Assembly (NCBI GenBank): GCA_038057845.1
Contig: JBBUCK010000031.1
Coordinates: 12,669-59,600, forward strand
From: Patescibacteria group bacterium
GTDB taxonomy: Bacteria; Patescibacteriota; Minisyncoccia; Phycocordibacterales; JAGLPS01
Length of the DNA stretch: 46,932 bases
Reading direction: 5' to 3'
Position numbers and translations under genes: made by a program. Below, one piece after another: positions 30,791 to 38,922 of this stretch (its first letter is position 1; every line of letters begins with the position of its first letter). The notes beneath the pieces are model-generated. The model had not been told where the DNA came from, made no database searches, and saw only the letters and a list, made by a program, of their open reading frames with translations.

Positions 30791-33371
30791 TACCAGAAAT
30801 ATAATAGGCCGTATTTTATCGGCGGCTTTTGTCTTTTCGCTTGTTTTTCAACCGCTCCTTCTTCTCGCCGAAGAGTCCCAAACGCCAACATCCGAAGTAC
30901 AAACCGGGGATGGAGGGGTTGTTGTTACCGGAGACGCGGTGGCGCTTACGGATGCGGGGTCTACCGTCAATACCAATGAAGTGAATCAAGCAGGAACGGA
31001 GACTCCCGAAACGCAAAATAATACTGAAAATACGGCAGAGTCTTCTTCTCTTAACACCAATTTGACAAACGAGGCGACTGTTGAAAATACCGCGACAACT
31101 AGCGCGACAACAGGAGAAAACACCGCTACGGGAGATAATGGCGCCATTATCACCGGGGACGCATACGCCGGGGCGAACGTTTTTAACCTCGTTAATACGA
31201 ATATCATTGATTCCTACACGCTTTTTTTCCTTCTCAATTATTTCTTCGGGCTTGAAGGCAATATTGATTTACGAGATTTTCAAAACGCTTCCACGTCGCC
31301 TTCTTTTCCATCCTGCGGAAACGGGGAATGTCTCGCGACCTCGGGGTCTTCTTCCGAAATATCCGCGCAAAACACCGCATCCATTTCAAACACTCTTGTT
31401 GTGCGCGCGAACACGGGAGAAAATGAAACCGGTGAAGACGGACTTATCGCAACGGGAAACGCATACGCGGGCGCGAATGTCATAAACGTCGCGAATACGA
31501 ATATAGTCAACTCAAACTATCTTCTCTTTACGTTGAATAATTTTGGCGGTTGGGGGGGCGACCTTGTTTTACCAAACGGCGATTTTTTCACAAACTTTTT
31601 CTTTCGTGGCAATGGTTCAACACCCGCTAACACCGACATTTCCATCGATAATTCAGCCTCGATTGAAAATAACGTTTCCACGGATGCCAACACGGGAAAT
31701 AACGAAGCGGAGGGAGGCCTTATAGTAACGGGAGACGCTTCGTCCGGCGCAAACGTATTCAATCAAGTGAATTCAAATCTTTTCGGCGGGAGCAAATTGC
31801 ATATTCTCGTTCGTATTCATGGCAATTGGCTCGGTAATGTCTTCAATGCTCCGCCGGGAGTTTCTTGGAGAGAAACGGCGACCGGAGTTGAACTATTCGG
31901 ACTTCCCGAGGAGAACGGAACGGATTCTTCTTTTAGCCCACTTTCCAATTTTAAGCTCAACGCGCAAAACACCGCATCCATTTCAAACAATGTGGGGGTC
32001 TACGCATTGACTGGAGATAACAAAACATCCGGCGGTGAGACATACACGGGCAACGCCTACGCGGCGGCAAACATCATCAACGTTGCAAACAGCAATGTAA
32101 TTGGACAAAACTGGATTCTTGCCATTTTAAACATTTTCGGGGACTGGTCCGGAAACGTCTCCTTTGGTCAGCCGGACCTCTGGATTGGGACGCAAGTTAC
32201 GGTTCCCGAAAAAAACTTTTTCGGGGTGGGGGAGACCGTGCGTTATAATTACACTATTGCAAACCGAGGCGATGCCACCGCCTCCGGGGTAACTATTCAA
32301 AACACCTTTGACAGAAAAGAATTTATGGCTTTTGAAAACGGGTACAATTTTCAAAATCCTGACACCGGACAGACCTCTTGGAATATTCCCGATATTCCTG
32401 CGGGCGGAATTGTAAGAGTTTCCTATAACGCGCGCGTCCTCGGAGTTCCATTCAAAGACACTTCTATTACAAGTAATGTCGTCGTATCAAGCACGGAAAC
32501 GGATGCCGACGTGAAAGACAATAGGGAAAAAATCACAATTACTGCTCATGATTACGTTCCCGGCTGGAATGGAGTGAAAGTTACGCTTACTCCTGACCCA
32601 AAGCTTATCGTCACAAAAACAAACGATGTCTTCTTTCCCACTGCTGGAACAACAACAGCGAACTATCGGATTTTTATAAAAAATAAAGGGGGTATTGCTC
32701 ATCATGCTGTTCTCGTTGATACACTCAAGAATGAAGCAGGTGATATTTTAAAAGAACAAGAATGGGAGTTGGGAGATGTCTATCCTAATGAGGAAATTGA
32801 GGTAACGTATACTTCGATTTTCAGTGGAAAAACGCCACCGGGTGTTTATACGAACGAAGCGCAGGTAAAAGCCGTTGGCCGTCACCCATCGCTTACGGCT
32901 TTTTATGGATACGTAGCGGATTCAAACATAGCGACAAGTTCTATAACGATAATTCCACCCTACCCATGGGCTTCCGAAATTACTGAAGCTCCCGAAAAAG
33001 TTGCCACAACCACACCTTCAACGGTAACTTCTTCAACTGGACGGTTTATTAACCCAGAACCTTCTTCAGAGATAATAAGCAATCCCGTTATTTCCGAAAT
33101 GCCGCCGTATATTCCGTTCTCACCCCTTCTTTCAAAAGTGCTCGCGTTTAGAGATTCGGTTGAAAGTACACACACTGGCGGTGGGCAAGCCCGCCTGCCA
33201 TCGCCTGCGGCTCAGGCTGCTGGCGGGCAGGGGGCTTCCGCTTTCTCTGCCCTAGGCTTACCTTCCGAAACAAAAGACTTCTTTCTTCTTTTAGTTGCCC
33301 TCTTTCTTTCCTTTATTATTTCAAATCTTCTTTCCCGCACTCGATTGCGAAACGCCTTCACTAGCTTCTAG
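30765..33371 (+). CDS. large secreted repeat protein (868 aa): four N/G/T repeat modules, two DUF11-like domains and a C-terminal anchor
   Basis: Four modules of the type NTASISN..V.A.TG.N...G...I.TGNAYAGANVINVANTNIV...L..LN.FG.W.G.. (about 31065-32175). DUF11-type segments (GETVRYNYTIANRGDATASGVTIQNTFD.., TTANYRIFIKNKGGIAHHAVLVDTL..). C-terminus LPSETKDFFLLLVALFLSFIISNLLSRTRLR. Confidence 0.88.
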   Translation: MFFPDLHFNTRNIIGRILSAAFVFSLVFQPLLLLAEESQTPTSEVQTGDGGVVVTGDAVALTDAGSTVNTNEVNQAGTETPETQNNTENTAESSSLNTNLTNEATVENTATTSATTGENTATGDNGAIITGDAYAGANVFNLVNTNIIDSYTLFFLLNYFFGLEGNIDLRDFQNASTSPSFPSCGNGECLATSGSSSEISAQNTASISNTLVVRANTGENETGEDGLIATGNAYAGANVINVANTNIVNSNYLLFTLNNFGGWGGDLVLPNGDFFTNFFFRGNGSTPANTDISIDNSASIENNVSTDANTGNNEAEGGLIVTGDASSGANVFNQVNSNLFGGSKLHILVRIHGNWLGNVFNAPPGVSWRETATGVELFGLPEENGTDSSFSPLSNFKLNAQNTASISNNVGVYALTGDNKTSGGETYTGNAYAAANIINVANSNVIGQNWILAILNIFGDWSGNVSFGQPDLWIGTQVTVPEKNFFGVGETVRYNYTIANRGDATASGVTIQNTFDRKEFMAFENGYNFQNPDTGQTSWNIPDIPAGGIVRVSYNARVLGVPFKDTSITSNVVVSSTETDADVKDNREKITITAHDYVPGWNGVKVTLTPDPKLIVTKTNDVFFPTAGTTTANYRIFIKNKGGIAHHAVLVDTLKNEAGDILKEQEWELGDVYPNEEIEVTYTSIFSGKTPPGVYTNEAQVKAVGRHPSLTAFYGYVADSNIATSSITIIPPYPWASEITEAPEKVATTTPSTVTSSTGRFINPEPSSEIISNPVISEMPPYIPFSPLLSKVLAFRDSVESTHTGGGQARLPSPAAQAAGGQGASAFSALGLPSETKDFFLLLVALFLSFIISNLLSRTRLRNAFTSF

Positions 33372-33436
33372 GGAGCAGCTTCTAGCTTATAGGGCGTTAG
33401 CCCTTCAGTCCTGATGACTTCAGGATCGAAGGACTT

Positions 33437-33540
33437 TAAAATACAAGGTCGAACCTTGTAAAATTAAGAAGCTTTTTGAAACATTAAAATACAAGGTCGA
33501 ACCTTGTAAAATAAAATACACAAGGTCGAACCTTGTAAAA
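33437..33540. repeat. three copies of the AAAATACAAGGTCGAACCTTGTAAAAT hairpin repeat
   Basis: Copies at about 33437-33463, 33486-33512 and 33514-33540. Stem TACAAGGT / ACCTTGTA with loop CGA. Same element as at 16026-16073. Confidence 0.85.
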
Positions 33541-33727
33541 TAAGTCTCTCAGACGTTCGTCCCGAGGTCTCAGTTCCTTCGACTGTGAAGTCTTCAGGAC
33601 TGAACAGCCCGAGGGACGTTCGTCCTCGCTGAGGCTCGGAGCCGAAGCGGTCGAATGACTTGCTACGAGTTTGAGCGAGTCCTCGAGCTCACATTGAGTC
33701 CAGAGCAAGCTCCTCGGTCGGTACCAT
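33541..33727. repeat. GC-rich structured spacer made of short direct and inverted words
   Basis: GACGTTCGTCC occurs twice. CCCGAGG / CCCGAGGG, CTTCAGGAC and CCTCGAGCTC words are present. It shares TTCGTCCCGAG and CCTTCGACT with the insert at 1057-1083. Confidence 0.5.
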
Positions 33728-34699
33728 TTATTTTGCCCGAAGATACAGATAGATGTCTTCAAGCGCACGCACCGCATCTCCGGCGGCAATGTTGTTTTGA
33801 TGATACAGTCCGTCGGTACAATCTCCCGCCGCCCAAATTCCCAATACGTTTGTTCGTTGTGTACGTGGGTCAACAATAATCTGATTGTATTTATTAAGTT
33901 CAACAATATCTTTTGCAAAACTTGTCGTGGGAATAAGTCCTATTTCAACGAAAATTCCTTCTGTAGGGAGTCCTATTTCTTTTCCCTCCTTTTCATAGAT
34001 GATTGCAGATACAAAATTGTCGCCTTTAATTTCTTTAAGAGTAACTTCCGTGAGTGCTTTCATATTCGGGTGAGCAAGAACTTTTTTAACTGTAATTGCA
34101 TCTGCCTTAAATAAGGCTGATGTTTCGAGAAGTGTGACACTTTTTGTGTATGCGAGTAGTTGTGCCGCACTTTCAAAGCCTGCATTGCCACCACCGACGA
34201 CGACGACATCTTTTTGAGAGAAAAGTGGTCCATCGCATGAAGCGCAGTATGTAACACCCTTGTTTTCAAACTCTACTGCTCCTGGAATAGTGAGTTTTCT
34301 GCGCTCGCTTCCGGTAGTAATCAAAACTGTTTGAGTTGTGTATGTGGTAGTATCTGTTGCAATTTCAAACCCATCTTCCCGCTCTAGGCTTTGCTTAAAG
34401 CGAGGCTCGCCAAAGGCGGCTTTTTTTGAAATTTTCGCAACATATTCTTCCGTGCGAATATCAACAAACTCTCCTGCGTACGCGCGAAGATGTTTTTCGA
34501 GCATAGAAGAAAAATCTGTTCCAGGAATTGATATTGTTCCAATCCAATTTTGAATATCTGGAGAAACGATACTTTGCCCGCCGAAATCTTTGGTAAGAAA
34601 AAGAGTTTTTAATTGCTTGCGAGCGGCATAAATTCCCGCCGCCACACCCGCCGGTCCACCGCCGATAATTGTAAGTTCATAATGCATAGTAGCAAACAT
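33728..34699 (-). CDS. trxB: thioredoxin-disulfide reductase
   Basis: IIGGGPAGVAAGIYAARK (FAD), redox CASCDG, VVGGGNAGFESA (NADPH) and AAGDCTDG. Confidence 0.92.
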   Translation of the reverse strand: MFATMHYELTIIGGGPAGVAAGIYAARKQLKTLFLTKDFGGQSIVSPDIQNWIGTISIPGTDFSSMLEKHLRAYAGEFVDIRTEEYVAKISKKAAFGEPRFKQSLEREDGFEIATDTTTYTTQTVLITTGSERRKLTIPGAVEFENKGVTYCASCDGPLFSQKDVVVVGGGNAGFESAAQLLAYTKSVTLLETSALFKADAITVKKVLAHPNMKALTEVTLKEIKGDNFVSAIIYEKEGKEIGLPTEGIFVEIGLIPTTSFAKDIVELNKYNQIIVDPRTQRTNVLGIWAAGDCTDGLYHQNNIAAGDAVRALEDIYLYLRAK

Positions 34700-34837
34700 T
34701 GTAACATGTTTTTGAGGCGGAAAATACCTTTCATATCGCCCAAAACCCCTTAAATTTCAACACAAAAGGATTAAAAATCAATATGTTCATTTTCTTGACT
34801 TTTCTGCTATGATGGAGGCACAAAACACATAAATTTT

Positions 34838-35986
34838 ATGCCCCAAGTTAAACCAGAAGTAGAAACATTTGCCCGAATTAAGGTTGTAGGAGTTGGCGGA
34901 TCAGGGAAAAATGCTGTTAATCACATGATCAATTCCCAAGTAAAAGGAGTTGAATTTATTGCTATTAATACCGATGCGCAAGACCTTCACCATTCTCTTG
35001 CTAAAAAGAAGATTCAAATTGGTAAAAATGTTACCCGAGGACTAGGAGCTGGTATGAATCCTGACCTTGGAAAAAGAGCCGTTGAGGAAACTAAGGAAGA
35101 AATTCAAGAATCGCTCAAGGGCGCTGATATGGTATTCGTTACATGTGGTTTTGGTGGAGGGACTGCTTCTGCCGCCGCGGAGCCTGTTGTGACAATGGCA
35201 AAAGAACTCGGAGCGCTTACTGTCGCTGTTGTGACCAAGCCGTTTTTCTTTGAAGGTCAACAGCGTATGCGTATTGCCGAGCAAGCGCTTGATGGAGTAC
35301 GAAAAGTTGTTGATGCGATTATTGTTGTCCCAAATGACAGACTCTTGAATGTCATCAGCAAAGAAACAAGTGCTCGGGACGCATTCGCAATGTCCGATGA
35401 AGTATTGAAACAGGCTGTTGAGGGAATTTCCGATTTGATTACAACACCCGGAATGATTAACATCGACTTTGCGGATGTTCGTTCAATCATGCAGGATGCA
35501 GGTTCCGCTCTTATGGGTATTGGAACTGCAAGTGGAGAAAATCGTGCAGTTGAAGCTGCAAAAATGGCAATCAATTCACCATTACTCGACCTTTCGATTG
35601 CTGGAGCAAAAGGCGTTCTATTCTCAATTGCTGGGGGAGACGATATGACAATGTATGAAATTCAAGAGGCGGCAAAAGTGATTACAGAATCTGTTGACCC
35701 TGATGCAAAAATTATTTTCGGAACAATCTACAGCGATAAATTAAAGAAAGGGGAAATCAAAATCACAGTTATTGCAACTGGATTTCCCGAGCCTGCTTCA
35801 AAGCGTGTAAGTCTTTTCCCTCCAATTATTGGTAAGGATAAAGAAAAAGAAGAAAAAGGAAAAATTTATAATACTCTTCCATCCGAAAATAAGACCGAAC
35901 AAAAAAAAGAACCAACTATCATTGAAGAAAATGAAGATGATTGGGGAGCGGTGCCAGCTTTTCTCCGAAGGTCAAAACTTAAATAA
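34838..35986 (+). CDS. ftsZ: cell division GTPase FtsZ
   Basis: GVGGSGKNAVNHM, NTDAQDL, GLGAGMNPDLG, GFGGGTASAAA and the C-terminal peptide DDWGAVPAFLRR. Confidence 0.95.
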   Translation: MPQVKPEVETFARIKVVGVGGSGKNAVNHMINSQVKGVEFIAINTDAQDLHHSLAKKKIQIGKNVTRGLGAGMNPDLGKRAVEETKEEIQESLKGADMVFVTCGFGGGTASAAAEPVVTMAKELGALTVAVVTKPFFFEGQQRMRIAEQALDGVRKVVDAIIVVPNDRLLNVISKETSARDAFAMSDEVLKQAVEGISDLITTPGMINIDFADVRSIMQDAGSALMGIGTASGENRAVEAAKMAINSPLLDLSIAGAKGVLFSIAGGDDMTMYEIQEAAKVITESVDPDAKIIFGTIYSDKLKKGEIKITVIATGFPEPASKRVSLFPPIIGKDKEKEEKGKIYNTLPSENKTEQKKEPTIIEENEDDWGAVPAFLRRSKLK

Positions 35987-36025
35987 AAAGTAGCTAGCTT
36001 GTAAGAGACTAGTGTTAGGTTCTTA

Positions 36026-36053
36026 TTGACATTAATTTGCACATGTTTAATAT
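36026..36053 (+). promoter_or_regulatory. sigma-70-like promoter for the hicB-like gene
   Basis: TTGACA (36026-36031), 16-nt spacer, TAATAT (36048-36053). Confidence 0.45.
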
Positions 36054-36106
36054 GTTTTTGATACACTTAAGATATAGTAAGTAGGTTTCTACTTTCTCTA
36101 AATAAT

Positions 36107-36445
36107 ATGGAAAAACCAAATTGGGCGCTTTTGTTTGGGAATAATGCAGACATCTCTCTTGGTGAAAGGGCTAGGGTTCTAAATGAGATAAATCAAATCG
36201 GTAGCCTAACATTTAAGATTTACAGAAATGAAGAGGGGTGGATGGCAAAGTGTCAGGAAGTAAATGGAATAATCGCGGGAGGCACTAATCCCCAGCCTAC
36301 CTCTGTTGAAATAGAGTCTCAGATTAGAGATGCAATATTTGCTGCATTTGATGTTAAAACAAACGTGGATAAAGAAAGTCCTTATTTTACTTACCAAGAA
36401 AGTGAGCCTGAGAAGTTACCCTCATTTAGCACAATAACGAATTAA
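36107..36445 (+). CDS. HicB-like antitoxin-fold protein
   Basis: SLTFKIYRNEEGWMAKCQEVNGIIAGGTNPQ..IESQIRDAI fits the HicB N-terminal pattern (y.v...e.dG.y.a...e.pG....G.t..ea....eai). Confidence 0.5.
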   Translation: MEKPNWALLFGNNADISLGERARVLNEINQIGSLTFKIYRNEEGWMAKCQEVNGIIAGGTNPQPTSVEIESQIRDAIFAAFDVKTNVDKESPYFTYQESEPEKLPSFSTITN

Positions 36446-36459
36446 ATTAATAAATCCTT

Positions 36460-36750
36460 ATGTCGAATAACATAAAGCGTAAGGATTTGTTTCAAGGTCT
36501 CGGAAATATAAAAAAGCCCGAACAATGGCTTGAAGCCGCTGAAAGACTAGAGTTACGTGTTTGTCGTGGCTCTAAACATCCATCAACGATAAGGGACCCA
36601 AAGAAACCAAATGATACTGGGCGTGCTAGTTTGATTACTGTAATACCAAGTCATTTACATAAAATGATAAACCAAGACATCTTTAAGGAAATTCTTAAAT
36701 TTGGTATACCGGAAGATGATATTTGGAAAGCTTTAAATATGTTGAAATAA
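36460..36750 (+). CDS. HicA-like mRNA-interferase toxin
   Basis: RGSKHPSTIRDP...ITVIPSHLHKMINQDIFKEILKFGI fits the HicA pattern GSHh......tvP.H..k.l..g.l..Ilk. It starts 14 nt after the hicB-like gene. Confidence 0.55.
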   Translation: MSNNIKRKDLFQGLGNIKKPEQWLEAAERLELRVCRGSKHPSTIRDPKKPNDTGRASLITVIPSHLHKMINQDIFKEILKFGIPEDDIWKALNMLK

Positions 36751-36774
36751 AAAGAAGGAAACTGACGAATCAAC

Positions 36775-37956
36775 TCAAGGCAGAAAAGGTTTAATCCAAG
36801 AAAAGATTGTTTTTCTTGCTTTGTGCCACGCGCTTCCAAAACGGCGTGTTCCTGATTCTTCAGCTTCATTGTTAATACCTGCAAGGCATAGGCCATAGGC
36901 AACAGACCACGCAGTATCAAGGTTTTCACCTTCTGTGACCTTAAATTGGAACACAGCACGTCTAGAAGGGAGTTTAAGAGCTATACGCGCAAAGTCCTCA
37001 ATTGTGCCGATTCCCGAACCACCTCCGGTAATAATGATACCTGCAGGCAGTAACCCATTTCGGCCAATCTTTTTAAGGTGTGCTTCCACAAGTTCGAACA
37101 TATCTGAAAGACGAGCGCTGACAATTTCCTCAAGTTCTCTTTGCGGGTATGTTGTTCCCGTTACCGCTCCAAGTTTAATACTTTCTGCTTCTTCAAGAGG
37201 AATACGAAGCCCCAAGGCGATGTCATTTGTAATGTCTGTAGAACCGATAGGAAATACTTCAAGAGATATAGGAATATTATTTTCAAAGACAACAATTGAG
37301 AGCGTTTCGGCTCCAATGTTTGCAAGCACGCACCCAGCAATTTTTTGCGTTTTTGAAAGTGTAACAAAACTTGCAGCAATGGGGGCGGATATAACATCAA
37401 TCACATTTACTCCGGCTTCTTCAATCGCTTCTATAAGGTCATCGAGGTGATGTTTAAGGCACGTAATAAAAAGAGTTTTAACTTCAAGCTTTGAACCCCT
37501 CATTCCGAGTGGTCTGCCGAGAACAGGCTTTCCATCAATTTTATATTGAAGGGGGATTGTGTGAATTATTTCTCGGTTAAGAGAAAGCGAAGCGGGGATT
37601 TCACTCCTGCAGATTTCAAGCGCTTTTTCCATATCAAGTTCGGATACTTCTGAATCCGCGCGAGAAATAGTTGCTGACCCTTGGGAAATAAAACTTGAAA
37701 GGCCAATTCCTCCGATTGAGATAAAGGCACGTTTTATAGGTACTCCCGCAGCCTTTGAGGCTTGAGCCATTGCTTGTTTTAAGCTTCGAACGGTGTCTCC
37801 AGTATTGATGATGTAGCCATGCCTTAGGCCTTTTGATTCAGCCATTCCTTTACCTATGATATGCGGAATATACCCGCTGTTCTTTTGTATACCTTCAGCG
37901 ATAATAACCTTTACTTGGTAGGTTCCTATATCAATACCTGTAACAATGTTTCGCAT
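36775..37956 (-). CDS. ftsA: cell division protein FtsA (actin-like ATPase)
   Basis: GIDIGTYQVKVIIAE phosphate-1, ITGGGSGIGTIEDFA adenosine motif, and a C-terminal amphipathic KARKTIFSWIKPFLP membrane-targeting tail. Confidence 0.85.
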   Translation of the reverse strand: MRNIVTGIDIGTYQVKVIIAEGIQKNSGYIPHIIGKGMAESKGLRHGYIINTGDTVRSLKQAMAQASKAAGVPIKRAFISIGGIGLSSFISQGSATISRADSEVSELDMEKALEICRSEIPASLSLNREIIHTIPLQYKIDGKPVLGRPLGMRGSKLEVKTLFITCLKHHLDDLIEAIEEAGVNVIDVISAPIAASFVTLSKTQKIAGCVLANIGAETLSIVVFENNIPISLEVFPIGSTDITNDIALGLRIPLEEAESIKLGAVTGTTYPQRELEEIVSARLSDMFELVEAHLKKIGRNGLLPAGIIITGGGSGIGTIEDFARIALKLPSRRAVFQFKVTEGENLDTAWSVAYGLCLAGINNEAEESGTRRFGSAWHKARKTIFSWIKPFLP

Positions 37957-38129
37957 TATGAAAAATATAAAAAATACTTCCTCTCTTTTTTAAGAAGCGC
38001 GATTAAAACGAGGAAGGAAAAAATTAGCCCGCACAAACTTTATCGTTCACATACTCCATAGTAATTAAACGTCCTGTTTGAAAACTTTAATCAACGATGT
38101 TTCGAGGCTTGTTGATAAAGTTAGGCGGG

Positions 38130-38525
38130 TTAAGAAAAATTAACCTTAAATTTTTTGAGTACTTTTTCTTCCCCTCGCTCCATTCTACTACCGTGGTCGT
38201 ATCCTTTCAAATGGAATAAGGAGTGGATAAAGAGAAAAGCGATAAAATCTCCTTCTTTCATTCTATGTGAAGGCGCTTGTTTTCTTGCCACTCTCAGGTT
38301 CATAAATATTTCTCCATGAGTAAGTGAAAGAGGGAAGCTCAATACATTTGGTACATATGTTTTTCCACGATAAAGCTTGTTCAATCTTTGCGCCTTAGCA
38401 TCTCCTACAAAAATAAGTTCCAAAACATACTTTTTCCCCAAGACAGCATTTTTCATTTCTGAAAAAGGCAAGCGTGGAAGCTTGCCTTTTATTGTCTTGT
38501 GAATGCTGATTGAGGAGGTAAACAC
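38130..38525 (-). CDS. ybeY: rRNA maturation RNase YbeY
   Basis: Zinc motif HSLFHLKGYDH in a 131-aa protein. Confidence 0.88.
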   Translation of the reverse strand: MFTSSISIHKTIKGKLPRLPFSEMKNAVLGKKYVLELIFVGDAKAQRLNKLYRGKTYVPNVLSFPLSLTHGEIFMNLRVARKQAPSHRMKEGDFIAFLFIHSLFHLKGYDHGSRMERGEEKVLKKFKVNFS

Positions 38526-38528
38526 TTT

Positions 38529-38768
38529 CTATCTATATGTTTTAGGTGTTATTTTGCCGAGTTTGATTAATTTTTCAATATTTTTCTTGTATATAAGGCT
38601 CTGCAAGGTCTTTTTCTTTCGTACATCAGGAGATTTTTCACGCACAAAATAACGGCCTTTTCTCACCTTACGCAATATTCCCGCACCCTGAACACGCTTC
38701 GTAAAGCGACGGAGAAGGCCGAGACTATTTTCGTTCTTACTTTTTTCTACTTTTACGTTTGTTGCCAT
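38529..38768 (-). CDS. rpsU: 30S ribosomal protein bS21
   Basis: VKVEKSKNENSLGLLRRFTKRVQGAGILRKVRKGRYFVREKSPDVRKKK is a typical S21 sequence. Confidence 0.9.
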   Translation of the reverse strand: MATNVKVEKSKNENSLGLLRRFTKRVQGAGILRKVRKGRYFVREKSPDVRKKKTLQSLIYKKNIEKLIKLGKITPKTYR

Positions 38769-38810
38769 GGATTAGAATGCTACCATATTAGTTTTCTCTG
38801 TTCAACCCCT

Positions 38811-38920
38811 TTAACAGCTTCCAGCTTATAGCTTTTAGGAAGATAGGAAGAAAAAATTCCTCTGCTTCATTTTCCTAGAATTTTCCCCTAAAAGCTAACA
38901 GCTACTCACTACAAGCTTCT
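38811..38920. repeat. AGCT-word inverted-repeat module (hisS-like / rpsU spacer)
   Basis: AACAGCTTCCAGCTTATAGCTTTTAGG (left) and CCTAAAAGCTAACAGCTACTCACTACAAGCTT (right) flank about 45 nt. Confidence 0.75.
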
Positions 38921-38922
38921 CC

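Noticed and set aside
33437-33540. Possibility that the repeated ACAAGGTCGAACCTTGT units (also at 16026-16073) form a CRISPR array
   Set aside because: There are only 2-3 copies per site, the spacing is irregular (20, 28 and 49 nt) and the units are fully palindromic. There are no cas genes and no unique spacers of normal length.
33484-33918. 144-aa minus-strand ORF spanning the hairpin-repeat and GC-rich spacer and overlapping the trxB 3' end
   Set aside because: It overlaps the trxB coding sequence out of frame and is otherwise made of intergenic repeats.
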